From NCBI GenBank assembly GCA_963819655.1, contig CAWFXA010000003.1, forward strand, positions 64,001 to 128,000: DNA of 64,000 nt, read 5' to 3'. Position numbers and translations under genes: made by a program. The notes below the pieces were generated by a model that did no database searches, was not told the DNA's origin, and saw only the letters and a list, made by a program, of their open reading frames with translations. This DNA is from an uncultured Chloroflexia bacterium (GTDB lineage: Bacteria > Chloroflexota > Limnocylindria > Limnocylindrales > CSP1-4). Shown here one piece after another: positions 50,407 through 60,018 of this stretch (positions are counted from its first letter, which is position 1; each line of letters begins with the position of its first letter).

Positions 50407-50877
50407 ATGGTGTCCACACGCAACGGCTTGAGTCTATGTCTTGCCCGGCAGCTGGGATTGCTGCTCCCCGTGCTCCTCATGGCGTGCTCCGGACCCGGAG
50501 TGTCGGCGCCGGCGTCATCGCCAGCGCAGTCGTCGGCGCCGTCGTCGGCTCTCCCGACGCTCGAACTGGCAACGGCCGAACCATCGAAAGGTCCTCCAGG
50601 CGTGGATGAGCCACAGGTCTTCAGCGGCACTCTCGGTTCGGATGCCATCGAGGGCGGCTGTGTCTATCTCGAGACCCCGGACGGCCGCCGCCTCGAGGTG
50701 ATCTATCCGGACGGCTGGCGCGTCCGCCGCTCCCCACTGGCGTTGATCGGCCCTGATGGGTCGGATGTCGCCGGGCCGGGCGACACGATCACGATCCGTG
50801 GCGCCGAGGCGCAGGACATGGTGTCGATCTGTCAGATGGGCCCGATCGTCCGCGCCTTCGAGGTACTGCCCGGGTAA
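50407..50877 (+). CDS. Hypothetical lipoprotein
   Basis: Lipobox LMAC; 'IEGGCVYL..SICQMG'. Confidence 0.72.
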   Translation: MVSTRNGLSLCLARQLGLLLPVLLMACSGPGVSAPASSPAQSSAPSSALPTLELATAEPSKGPPGVDEPQVFSGTLGSDAIEGGCVYLETPDGRRLEVIYPDGWRVRRSPLALIGPDGSDVAGPGDTITIRGAEAQDMVSICQMGPIVRAFEVLPG

Positions 50878-50909
50878 CGCCGGGCATCGATCGCCGGACC
50901 CCACCCGAA

Positions 50910-51235
50910 GCGCTCGTTTCTTGCGTTCGACGCAAGCGGCCTGACTCCGGAACCCCATGTGAGCCGCGTCGCGCTCGTTCCTTGCGCGTCACGCAAGCGG
51001 CCTGCCCGACTTTGCGTCAGACGCATCTACGGTCGGCGTCAGAGCCTCGAAGCGCTGGCTTCTTGCGTCTAACGCAAGCGATCGACCTGATGCGTCCCAA
51101 GACGGCTAGGTTTCTTGCATCAGACGAAGGAATCTGGACAGATCGCGGCTCCGGAGACCCTGCTGGCGACGGTACGTGCGTCTGACGCAAGTCCGACCGC
51201 ATCGGCTTCAGGCGATGAGCAGAAGGCGACGCAAC
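50910..51235. repeat. Cluster of palindromic CTTGCG-N5-CGCAAG repeats (REP-like)
   Basis: Copies at about 50920, 50981, 51011, 51062, 51114 and 51175, plus degenerate halves. Confidence 0.8.
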
Positions 51236-51294
51236 CGAGGCCGCCGAGCGCTTCAACGACCGTTTGGCGCTTGGCCGCCCCGTGGGCGCCGACC

Positions 51295-52581
51295 CTAGAC
51301 CCGCGGGATACCGGCGAGCGACTCCCCGAAGATCTCCACGGCCTCACTGATCTCGGCCGCCGTCACGTCGAGGGGCGGGATCCAGCGCACGACCTCGTGC
51401 TGCGAGCCGCAGGTCAGCACCAGCAGGCCGTGGTCGGCGCAGGCCGCGCTCAGTCGGTCGGGGAGGGAACCATCCGGCTCGCGGGTCGAACGATCCCGCA
51501 CGAACTCGACCCCGATCATCATGCCCGGACCGCGGATGTCACCGATCCGATCGTCCTCGGCGGCGATCCGCTCGAGGCCCGCGCGCAACTCCGCGCCGCG
51601 GGCGGCAGCGTTCTCGACCAGACCCTCGGAACGGATCGTCTCGAGCACCGCGATCCCCGCCGCGCACGCCACAGGGTTCCCCCCATACGTCGAGCCGTGC
51701 GCGCCACGCCCCCAGCGTTCATGCAGCTCCCGCGACGCCACGACCGCCGACAGCGGCAGTCCGTTCGCGATGGCCTTGGCCAGGACGACCACGTCCGGCA
51801 CGATGCCGGCGTGCTCGAATGCCCACATCCGGCCGGTCCGGCCATAGCCGCACTGGACCTCGTCGGCGATCAGCAGGATCCCGTGCTCGTCGCAGAAGGC
51901 GCGGAGCTCGCGCAGGAAAGCCGGGGGAGCGGGAGTGAAGCCGCCCTCGCCCTGGACCGCCTCGATCAGGATCGAACCGACCGCCGACGGCGGGATCGTG
52001 GTCGACGTCAGCGTCCGCAGGTCGGCCATGGCGCGAGCGACGGCAGCGCCCTCGTCACCGCCGAAGTCGCGGTAGACGGCCGGGAAGGTCGACAGATGGA
52101 CCGATGGCAGCAGCGGTTCATACCCGACTCGGTAGTTGATGGCGGAGCTCGTGACCGACATCGCGCCGAACGTCCGACCGTGGAACCCGCCCCGGAACGC
52201 GATGATCCCGGGCCGGCCAGTCACGCGCCGCGCCAGCTTCATCGCCGCGTCGATCGCCTCGGACCCGGAGTTGAGGAAGATCGTCGTATCGAGCTGCGCC
52301 GGGAACACCGACGCGAGCTCGTCGGCCAGCCGGGAGATCGGTTCCGTGAAGCCCATCGCCGACACCGGGCCGATCAGCTTGTCGACCTGGGCATGGATGG
52401 CCGCGGTCACCCGTGGATGGACGTGCCCCAGCGCCGTGACGGCGATGCCGTTCGCGAAATCGAGGTATGCGCGACCCTCGGTGTCGAACAGTCGATGCCC
52501 CTCGCCATGACTCCACTGCCTCTGGAAATACCGGCCCAGGACAGGCGTCAGGTGGGGCGCGGGCGTGACGGCGACGTCCAT
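51295..52581 (-). CDS. Class III aminotransferase (4-aminobutyrate aminotransferase-like)
   Basis: SGSEA, FHGRT, EAVQGEGG, DEVQCGYGRTG and TYGGNP motifs. Confidence 0.92.
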   Translation of the reverse strand: MDVAVTPAPHLTPVLGRYFQRQWSHGEGHRLFDTEGRAYLDFANGIAVTALGHVHPRVTAAIHAQVDKLIGPVSAMGFTEPISRLADELASVFPAQLDTTIFLNSGSEAIDAAMKLARRVTGRPGIIAFRGGFHGRTFGAMSVTSSAINYRVGYEPLLPSVHLSTFPAVYRDFGGDEGAAVARAMADLRTLTSTTIPPSAVGSILIEAVQGEGGFTPAPPAFLRELRAFCDEHGILLIADEVQCGYGRTGRMWAFEHAGIVPDVVVLAKAIANGLPLSAVVASRELHERWGRGAHGSTYGGNPVACAAGIAVLETIRSEGLVENAAARGAELRAGLERIAAEDDRIGDIRGPGMMIGVEFVRDRSTREPDGSLPDRLSAACADHGLLVLTCGSQHEVVRWIPPLDVTAAEISEAVEIFGESLAGIPRV

Positions 52582-52656
52582 CGGCGGAGTGTAGCGGGCG
52601 CACCGCGCGCGATTTGAAAGGCCTTCGGAGGACCGCCGCCGCGTACGATGCGCGGC

Positions 52657-53877
52657 ATGGTGGATTTCACGCTCACGGACGAGAACAAGCTCGTCCAGCA
52701 GGCGGCCCGGGCATTCGCGGAGGCCGAGATCCTGCCCCACATCCGTGCATGGGACGAGAAGGGCGAAGTCCACCGCGAGGTCTTCGAGAAGATGGCCGAG
52801 CAGGGGTTTCTCGGGGCGCCGATCCCTGAGACATACGGCGGCGGCGGCATGGACTACATCAGCTTCGCGATCCTGTGCGAGGAGCTCGAGCGTGCCGACA
52901 CCGCGTTCCGCGTCGTCCAGAGCGTCCACGTCGGCCTGAACTCGCTGGCTCTCCTGCAGTGGGGGACCGAGGAGCAGCGCCAGCGCTGGCTGGTGCCCCA
53001 GGCGAAGGGGGAGAAGCTCGCCACGTTCGGGCTCACCGAGCCGGGCGTCGGCACAGACGCCGGCAACCTGCAGACGACAGCCCGCCGGGACGGCTCGGCC
53101 TATCGACTCAACGGCCAGAAGATCTGGATCAGCCTGGCCGACCTGGCCGACCATTTCCTGGTCTTCGCGACCATCGACCGGTCGATGAAGCACAAGGGCG
53201 TGACGGCCTTCCTGGTCGAGCGAGGCATGCGGGGTCTGAGCACGGGCACGCTCCACGGGAAGCTCGGCATCCGGGCCGGCAACACCGGATTGATCAACCT
53301 CGACGACGTCGCCGTTCCCGAGGAGAACCGCATCGGTGAGGAAGGGGAAGGGTTCCTCGTCGCGATGAGCGCCATCGACCAGGGCCGCTACACCGTCGCC
53401 GCTGGTGCCGTCGGGCTCGCCCAGGCGTGCGTCGACGCCAGCGTTCGCTACGCCCACGAGCGCAAGACCTTCGGTCAGGAGATCGGCGAACACCAGCTCG
53501 TGAAGCAGCTCATCGCCAAGATGGTCGCTGGCACCGAGATCGGCCGATTGCTCGTGTGGCGCGCCGGTTGGCTGAAGAACCAGGGTCTCCGGAACACCCG
53601 GGAGACGAGCCTCGCCAAATGGCACGCGACCGAGCATTCGGTCCAGAGCGCGCTCGACGCCATCCAGGTCCACGGCGCCAACGGCTACTCGAACGAGTTC
53701 CCGGTCGAGCGCTACCTGCGCAACTCGAAGGCCGCGGTCATCTACGAAGGCACAAGCCAGCTGCATACGCTGATCCAGGCCGACTACGCGATGGGCTACC
53801 GCGAGGATCGACCGCTGCGCTGCGAACCCTGGCCGGCACAGGGCTGGGAGCGCAGCGCGGCCCGGACCGGCGCATGA
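52657..53877 (+). CDS. Acyl-CoA dehydrogenase
   Basis: FGLTEPGVGTD, LNGQKIWIS, QVHGANGY and IYEGT motifs. Confidence 0.95.
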   Translation: MVDFTLTDENKLVQQAARAFAEAEILPHIRAWDEKGEVHREVFEKMAEQGFLGAPIPETYGGGGMDYISFAILCEELERADTAFRVVQSVHVGLNSLALLQWGTEEQRQRWLVPQAKGEKLATFGLTEPGVGTDAGNLQTTARRDGSAYRLNGQKIWISLADLADHFLVFATIDRSMKHKGVTAFLVERGMRGLSTGTLHGKLGIRAGNTGLINLDDVAVPEENRIGEEGEGFLVAMSAIDQGRYTVAAGAVGLAQACVDASVRYAHERKTFGQEIGEHQLVKQLIAKMVAGTEIGRLLVWRAGWLKNQGLRNTRETSLAKWHATEHSVQSALDAIQVHGANGYSNEFPVERYLRNSKAAVIYEGTSQLHTLIQADYAMGYREDRPLRCEPWPAQGWERSAARTGA

Positions 53878-53914
53878 GGGCGACGGCGGTCCTGCCAGAG
53901 CCGCAACCCGATCC

Positions 53915-55927
53915 ATGAGCGCCTGGACCGAGCGTGAGCTCGCGACGCTCGCCGAAGTGGCCGAGACATTCGTCCGCGGAGACGCTCGACGCCGCGCGCG
54001 GCTCACGACCGAGGTCCTCGAGCGGGCGGCGGACCCAGCCCAGGTCCGCCAGTTCCATCGCCTGCTGCGCATCCTGGAGTCGCGCTTCACGAACCTGCTC
54101 ATCGCGCGAGGCCCGACGCCGTTCTCGTCGATGTCCCCTGCCGCCCGCGAGCACTACCTCCTGAAGTGGTCGACCTCGCCGTTCGCGTCGCGGCGTACCG
54201 CATTCGCCACCTTGCGCAAGCTCATGACGTTCCTCGCCTATGCCGACCCGGGGGCGGATGCCTCCGGGAATCCCCGCCATGCTGTGATCGGGTACGAGCC
54301 GGAGCGGCCGCCGGTGACCGCGGATCGCACGCCGATCCGCCCCGACGCGCTGCCGTTCGACGAGGGCTCGGCCGACGAGCCGATCACCCTCGAGGCCGAC
54401 GTCGTCGTGGTCGGGTCGGGTGCCGGAGGAGGCGTCGTGGCGGCCGCCCTTGCGGAGGCAGGCCGCTCGGTCGTCGTGCTCGAAGCCGGTCCGTTCGTCG
54501 ACGAGGCGTCGATGCCGCGCGACGAGCTCGATGCGTTCTCGCGGCTCTACCTCAACCACGGGCTGCTCTCGACCTGGGACGCGTCGATCACGATGCTGGC
54601 CGGCTCGGCGGTCGGTGGCGGCACGCTGGTCAACTGGATGACCATGATCGAAGCGCCCGAGGCAGTCCGGGCATCTTGGGCGCGCAACCACGGCATCGAC
54701 GACCTCGGCAACGGCGAGGCCTGGACCGAGGACGTCGGCACGCTCGAGAATGAATTGTCGGTGTCGGCGGTCAGGCGCGTCCCGCCCAAGGATCAGGTCA
54801 TCGTGCGTGGCGCCGAGCGGCTCAACTGGGAAGCGGCGCCTGCACGGCGCAACGCGGCGGCGGACTGCGATGACTGTGGCAGTTGTGCGTTCGGCTGCCG
54901 TCGCGGATCCAAGCAGTCCGGCATCCGCGTCCACCTGGCCCGTGCGTTCGAGGCGGGCGCCCGGATCGTGCCCCAGGTGCGTGTGACGAAGGTCTTGATC
55001 GAGCGCGGCAAGGCCCTAGGGGTGGAGGGGCGGGCGCTCGTGCCGGGGACCGAAGCGGCCCCGCGGACGCGCCGTCTGATCGTCCGTGCCCCGCAGGTCG
55101 TCGTGGCGGCCGGCGGCCTTCGATCGCCGGGGATCCTCCAGGCGTCGGGTCTCCGGCACCAGTCGATCGGGCGGCACCTGCGACTGCACCCGGTGCCGGT
55201 CGTGGTCGGTCGGATGACCATGCCCGTCGATATGTGGCTCGGACCGATGCAGGGCGCTCGATCGCTGGAGTTCCTCCCCGCAGAACCGGGCCGCAACAGC
55301 TACGTCATCGAATCCGCGCCGGGGCATCCCGGCCTGCTCGCGCTGGCGTTGCCGTGGGACGGCACGGACGCCCACGCTGCGTCGATGCGGGACGCCCGCT
55401 ATCTCGCCCCGCTGGTCGCCGTCACGCGGGACGGCGGACGGGGCCGGGTCACGCTGACGCGGTCGGGCCGGGTCCGGATCGACTACGAGCTCGACCAGGT
55501 CGGCGTCGCGACGCTCCGGCATGCGACGGTGCGGATGGCTCGCCTCGCACGCGCGGGGGGCGCCGGCGAGATCGTCGTCGCGGCCACGCCCGCGATCCGG
55601 TTCCATCCGATCCGCGGCTCGACCGGCGCCGACGCGGCCGCATTCGGCCGGTTCGAGGACCAGATCGAGCGCATGGATTTCAGGCCGAACCGCGGCTCGG
55701 TGTTCTCGGCCCACCAGATGGGCACGGTCAGGATGGGCGCCACGGCGCGTGAGCATCCGTGCGATCCGAACGGGCGCGTTCGAAGCAGGGGCCGTCGCGG
55801 TCGGATCGTGGCGGGCCTGTACGTGGCCGATTCGTCGCTCTTTCCGACGGCCCTCGGGGTCAACCCGATGCTGACCGTGATGGCCTTGGCGCGACGCGTG
55901 GCTCGGACGGTCCTGGCGGAAACGTGA
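53915..55927 (+). CDS. GMC oxidoreductase (long-chain alcohol oxidase-like)
   Basis: GSGAGG, GGGTLVNW, CxxCxxCxxGC, SAHQMGT and GVNPMLT motifs. Confidence 0.92.
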   Translation: MSAWTERELATLAEVAETFVRGDARRRARLTTEVLERAADPAQVRQFHRLLRILESRFTNLLIARGPTPFSSMSPAAREHYLLKWSTSPFASRRTAFATLRKLMTFLAYADPGADASGNPRHAVIGYEPERPPVTADRTPIRPDALPFDEGSADEPITLEADVVVVGSGAGGGVVAAALAEAGRSVVVLEAGPFVDEASMPRDELDAFSRLYLNHGLLSTWDASITMLAGSAVGGGTLVNWMTMIEAPEAVRASWARNHGIDDLGNGEAWTEDVGTLENELSVSAVRRVPPKDQVIVRGAERLNWEAAPARRNAAADCDDCGSCAFGCRRGSKQSGIRVHLARAFEAGARIVPQVRVTKVLIERGKALGVEGRALVPGTEAAPRTRRLIVRAPQVVVAAGGLRSPGILQASGLRHQSIGRHLRLHPVPVVVGRMTMPVDMWLGPMQGARSLEFLPAEPGRNSYVIESAPGHPGLLALALPWDGTDAHAASMRDARYLAPLVAVTRDGGRGRVTLTRSGRVRIDYELDQVGVATLRHATVRMARLARAGGAGEIVVAATPAIRFHPIRGSTGADAAAFGRFEDQIERMDFRPNRGSVFSAHQMGTVRMGATAREHPCDPNGRVRSRGRRGRIVAGLYVADSSLFPTALGVNPMLTVMALARRVARTVLAET

Positions 55928-56876
55928 CCTCGGCGCCGGCGGCGCGCGGGCCCGCCATCCGGCTGCGCGCCGTCACGATGAGCGCGACCGCCCCGACGAT
56001 GATCGCCCCGGCGACGAGCGTCCGCGGCCCGATCGGTTCGGACAGCAGGAGCGCTCCGAGGATGACTGCCACGATCGGATTGACATACGCGTAGGTCGCG
56101 ACAAGCGGCAGCGGCGCCACTCGGAGCATCCAGCCGAACGTCGTGAACGCCAACAGGCTGCCGATGACCGTGAGGTACAGGAAGGCGGTGAACGACTCGG
56201 TCGAGACGGCAGACGCGTCGAACCGGCCTGGTTCGCCGGTCGCGACCGACATCACGGCGAGGACGGCAGACCCGGCCACCATCTGGCTGCCGGTCGCCAT
56301 CAAGGGATGTTGTGGCAGGACCGCGCGATGGGTGGCATACAGCGAGCCGACCGACCAGGCGATCGGCGACACGATGAGGGCTGCCAGGCCGGCGGCATCA
56401 AGGGCATCGCTCGCACCGAGCGCCGTCGGGCCGGCAAGGACCGCGACCCCGACGAACCCGACGACGATGCCGATTCCTGCGATCCGCGGCAGGCGCTCGC
56501 CGAGGAACAGCCGTCCGAGCACGGCGACCCATACCGGCATCAGGGCGATCAGGAGGGCGGCGATGCCGGACGGGATCGTCTGCTCGCCCCACGCGACCAT
56601 GCCCATCCCGCCGCCGAGCAGGAGTGCCCCGACGATGCTCGTATCGCGCACCTCGCGGCGGCTGGGCAGACGGAACTCGCCGCGTCGACGCAGCGCCACC
56701 CACCCGAGAAGCACGAGGCCCGCGAGTCCGAAGCGAAGCGCCGCCATGAGGAAAGGCGGCATCGTGTCGACGGCGACCGCGATCGCGAGGTAGGTCGAGC
56801 CCCAGACCACGTACAGGATCCCGAGGCCGAGCCAGATCGCCCGACGGTCCGGGCTACGGTCGTGCTCGCTTGGCAT
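55860..56876 (-). CDS. EamA/DMT transporter (YedA-like)
   Basis: YVVWGSTYLAI and TYAYVNPIVAV motifs; about 10 TM helices. Confidence 0.92.
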   Translation of the reverse strand: MPSEHDRSPDRRAIWLGLGILYVVWGSTYLAIAVAVDTMPPFLMAALRFGLAGLVLLGWVALRRRGEFRLPSRREVRDTSIVGALLLGGGMGMVAWGEQTIPSGIAALLIALMPVWVAVLGRLFLGERLPRIAGIGIVVGFVGVAVLAGPTALGASDALDAAGLAALIVSPIAWSVGSLYATHRAVLPQHPLMATGSQMVAGSAVLAVMSVATGEPGRFDASAVSTESFTAFLYLTVIGSLLAFTTFGWMLRVAPLPLVATYAYVNPIVAVILGALLLSEPIGPRTLVAGAIIVGAVALIVTARSRMAGPRAAGAEVTFPPGPSEPRVAPRPSRSASG

Positions 56877-56969
56877 AGTCCGATGGTCCAAGGTAAGAGC
56901 ATACGCGGGAAGCGACCGGCGTGCGCCGTCGGTCAGTCGCCGTCGGTTGATCGCCGGGTCAGCCGGGGC

Positions 56970-57767
56970 TCACGCGGCAGCCGCGACGGGGCGGCAGACC
57001 TTGCACGGCCGATAGCCGGCCGCCCCGGCCTCGTCGAGCGAGCGGAACGGCCGACGGTTCTTCTCCAGCATGTGGCGGCCCGTGCGGCACGTCGGCCAGC
57101 ACACGATCCGGGTCGACGCGCAACCGACCAGGCGCTCGCCACGGCGGCCCGCATCCTCCATCGCGTCGGGGTCGAGGCCCTCGGCGGACAGGATCGTCCG
57201 CTTGTTCGCGGGACCGCCGAGCGAGTACTGGCCGATCGAGCCGTCGGTCCGGACGACGCGGTGGCAGGGCACGATCAGAGGCACCGGGTTGTGGCCGAGG
57301 GCGCTGCCGACGGCGCGGACCGCCTTCGGTCGGCCGATCTCCGCGGCGATCCAGCCGTACGGCCGGACCTCGCCGCGTGGGATCTCGAGGGCCTTCCGCC
57401 AGACATCCTGCTCGAACGGGCTATGGCCGCGCAGGTCGAGCGGGATCCTGACCCGCCGGTCGCCGTCGAGGCGGCGGGTGATCGCGTTGGCCAGCCGCGG
57501 TGGCAGGTCGGCCGGGATGGCCCGTCGCCCGGTCGTGGCCAGGTGACGCGCCTCGAACGCGCCGTCGTCCCCGGCCAGGTCGACCGTCGAGACGCCGCGT
57601 CCGTTCCACGCCACGACGAGCTGCCCCAGCGGCGAGTCGACATGGCCATAACCATCCGCGAGCCCGACCTCGACCAGGACCGAGGCACGCAGGGTCGACG
57701 GGGCGGGAAGCACGAGATCGGCGAGGGCCGCCGACTCGATGTCGGTGGCGTCGAGCGGGCTGGTCAT
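56970..57767 (-). CDS. ogt: O6-methylguanine-DNA methyltransferase with C-terminal Ada Zn-binding domain
   Basis: RAVG..NP..PCHRV active site; STRIVCWPTC..GYRPCKVCRP. Confidence 0.88.
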   Translation of the reverse strand: MTSPLDATDIESAALADLVLPAPSTLRASVLVEVGLADGYGHVDSPLGQLVVAWNGRGVSTVDLAGDDGAFEARHLATTGRRAIPADLPPRLANAITRRLDGDRRVRIPLDLRGHSPFEQDVWRKALEIPRGEVRPYGWIAAEIGRPKAVRAVGSALGHNPVPLIVPCHRVVRTDGSIGQYSLGGPANKRTILSAEGLDPDAMEDAGRRGERLVGCASTRIVCWPTCRTGRHMLEKNRRPFRSLDEAGAAGYRPCKVCRPVAAAA

Positions 57768-58363
57768 GCGGTCATCTCCTCGAGCTCGCGGCGGCTCTCC
57801 GCCTCGAGCATCGTGCGTAACAGGGCGATCCCCCGATGGACCTGGGCCTTCACGGTGCCCTCGGGTCGACCGAGCGCGGCGGCGGCCTCGGGATAGGTCA
57901 TCCCGTCCACGTGGCGCAGCACCACCGCCGATCGATACGACGGCGGCAGGGCCGTCAAGCGCGCCGCCCAACGATCCCGTTCGGCGTGTCGTTCGGCGAT
58001 CTCTGGCGGAGCTGTCGAGGCCGGGGCCGCGGGATCCGGCGGACGCGCGCCGTCGCCATCGATCGAGATCGGGCGCGGGCCACGCGTCGCGCGCCGCGCC
58101 CCGACCGATCGACATCGATTGAGGACGATCGTCGTCAGCCAGGGCCGGAGCCGAAGCTCGCGGATCCTGTCCCCGTCGTACGAGGCAAGCGCGCGGTAAG
58201 CGCGGACGAGGGCGTCCTGGGCGGCCTCCTCCGCGTCGCCGGCATCCCCGAGCATCCGGGCGGCGATCGTATAGAGACGGTCCTGGTGGGCGACGACCAG
58301 CGCGTCGAAGGCGCGATCGAGGTCATCCGCGAGGGCTGTCGTCAGGCGGTCATCGGCGTCCAT
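57764..58363 (-). CDS. ECF RNA polymerase sigma factor
   Basis: DAEEAAQD, WLTTIVLN, 'YPEAAAALGRPEGTVKAQVHRG'. Confidence 0.92.
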   Translation of the reverse strand: MDADDRLTTALADDLDRAFDALVVAHQDRLYTIAARMLGDAGDAEEAAQDALVRAYRALASYDGDRIRELRLRPWLTTIVLNRCRSVGARRATRGPRPISIDGDGARPPDPAAPASTAPPEIAERHAERDRWAARLTALPPSYRSAVVLRHVDGMTYPEAAAALGRPEGTVKAQVHRGIALLRTMLEAESRRELEEMTA

Positions 58364-58460
58364 CACTGGCTAGAACCGAGTCGCCGCCGCAACCGTTGCA
58401 CGACGCCACGGTAACCCCGACTCACCTCGGCCGACCGTGGCCCCGTGCGACAATCGGCGC

Positions 58461-59474
58461 ATGGGCCACGACGATCGCTTCGACGACCTGATCGCCAGCC
58501 TCGGGGGCTTCCATCGCTCCTGGCTCATCTACCTCGGGATCGATCTCGGGCTGTTCGCCCGGATCCGCGCCGCCGGCGAAGGCGGCATCACGCCCGACAC
58601 GCTGGCCGACGAGACCGGCACGAAGCGCGAGGCGGTGGCTGCCTGGTCGTGGGCGACCGACGCGCACGATCTGACGACCTTCGAGGATGGCCGCCTGACG
58701 GTCGACGACGACGTCGCCGAGATCCTGCTCGACGACCAGCGTGCCGAGTTCCTGGGCGGCCAATTCGTCCATGCCGTGGTCGCGTCGATGGACTGGGGCG
58801 GCATGGAGGAGTTCTTCCGGACCGGGCAGCCGATCCGGGATCGGCCGGACCGCTATCGGGCGGCAATCGAGCGCCTCACCCGCCAGGACATCGCGGTGTT
58901 CTTCCAGGAGGTGCTGGCCGCCCTGCCCCAGCTGGTCGCGGAGCTCTCGAACGGCGGCCGCGTCGTGGACATCCACTGCGGGGGCGGCCGGTGGCTCGTC
59001 GCCATGGCGCGCCGATTCCCCGCGCTGGAGCTCATCGGCGTGGAGTTCGAGGCGGATTCGGTCGCGCGGGCGCGCGCGACGATCGAGAGCGAGGGCCTGT
59101 CCGACCGCATCGAGATCCGCCAAGCGAAAGCCACGGATCCGGGCCACGTCGATGAATACGATCTGGCGTACCTCCAATACGCCCTCCACCAGCTCGACGA
59201 TGCCCCGCGCGTGCTGGCTGCCGCGTGGGCTGCCCTTCGCCCCGGCGGCCGCCTGCTGGTCCTCGACTGGCCGCTGCCGTCCGGCCCGGACGAATTCCGG
59301 ACGAGGCACGGCGAGATCATCGCCGGGGTCCAGCTCGACGAGCTGTACCAAGGCACGGCGCTCGCGACGCGCGATCAGTTCCTGACCTGGTTCGCGGACG
59401 GGGGTGTGCCCGCCCCCGTCACGATCGACCTGCCATCCGGTGCGGCCGTCTTCCTCGCGGAGCGGCCCGACTGA
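58461..59474 (+). CDS. SAM-dependent methyltransferase with N-terminal wHTH
   Basis: VVDIHCGGG motif I variant; ALRPGGRLLV. Confidence 0.85.
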   Translation: MGHDDRFDDLIASLGGFHRSWLIYLGIDLGLFARIRAAGEGGITPDTLADETGTKREAVAAWSWATDAHDLTTFEDGRLTVDDDVAEILLDDQRAEFLGGQFVHAVVASMDWGGMEEFFRTGQPIRDRPDRYRAAIERLTRQDIAVFFQEVLAALPQLVAELSNGGRVVDIHCGGGRWLVAMARRFPALELIGVEFEADSVARARATIESEGLSDRIEIRQAKATDPGHVDEYDLAYLQYALHQLDDAPRVLAAAWAALRPGGRLLVLDWPLPSGPDEFRTRHGEIIAGVQLDELYQGTALATRDQFLTWFADGGVPAPVTIDLPSGAAVFLAERPD

Positions 59475-59483
59475 AGCCCGAAG

Positions 59484-59936
59484 TCAGCTGACCTCGACCT
59501 TGCCGGCCATGTTCGAGTGGATCTTGCAGATGATGTCGTACGAGCCTGCGACGTTGAACACCATCGCACCGGTCTCGCCGTTGTTCAGGTTGGCGGTCGA
59601 GCAGGTCGTGTCCGACTTGACGGTCGCCGTGTGCGTGGTGCTGTCGTTGTTCGTCCACGCGACGACGTCGCCGACTGTGGCCGTGATCGGCGTCGGATCG
59701 AACGCGAAGTCCGCAATCGACGCTGTGACCGTGCCGGCGTCGGTCGATGGCGCACATGCCGCTCCACCGGTCGCGGCGCTCTCCGAGGCCGCGGCGGGCT
59801 CGCTGGCGGGTGCCTCGCTGGCTGGCGCCGACGCCGCCGGCAGCGACGCCGCCGGGGCGGTCGCTGTCGCGCCTCCGCCACAGGCGCTCACGACCAGCAG
59901 CATGGCGGAGCCGAGGGCAAGGATCGTCCGGGTCAT
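59484..59936 (-). CDS. Plastocyanin/cupredoxin lipoprotein
   Basis: Lipobox VSAC; WTNND..HT and CKIHSNM motifs. Confidence 0.88.
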   Translation of the reverse strand: MTRTILALGSAMLLVVSACGGGATATAPAASLPAASAPASEAPASEPAAASESAATGGAACAPSTDAGTVTASIADFAFDPTPITATVGDVVAWTNNDSTTHTATVKSDTTCSTANLNNGETGAMVFNVAGSYDIICKIHSNMAGKVEVS

Positions 59937-59991
59937 GTCGACCTCCTCCTCGATGGGGGACCGTCCGTCGTCTCTGGGGGACGCCCCTTGG

Positions 59992-60018
59992 TACGCCGCC
60001 GCCGTGGGGGTGGTTTCA
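59992..60018 (-). promoter_or_regulatory. Putative ECF-type promoter TGAAAC-N17-CGTA
   Basis: Minus-strand tgaaac...gcgtac upstream of the cupredoxin gene. Confidence 0.4.

Noticed and set aside
50910-51235. CRISPR array
   Set aside because: Repeats are short, degenerate and irregularly spaced, and no cas genes are present.
51295-54102. 935-aa fusion ORF and other long shadow ORFs (e.g. 2800..4416, 44336..46762, 61734..63824)
   Set aside because: Antisense or alternate-frame artefacts of high GC that overlap well-supported genes.
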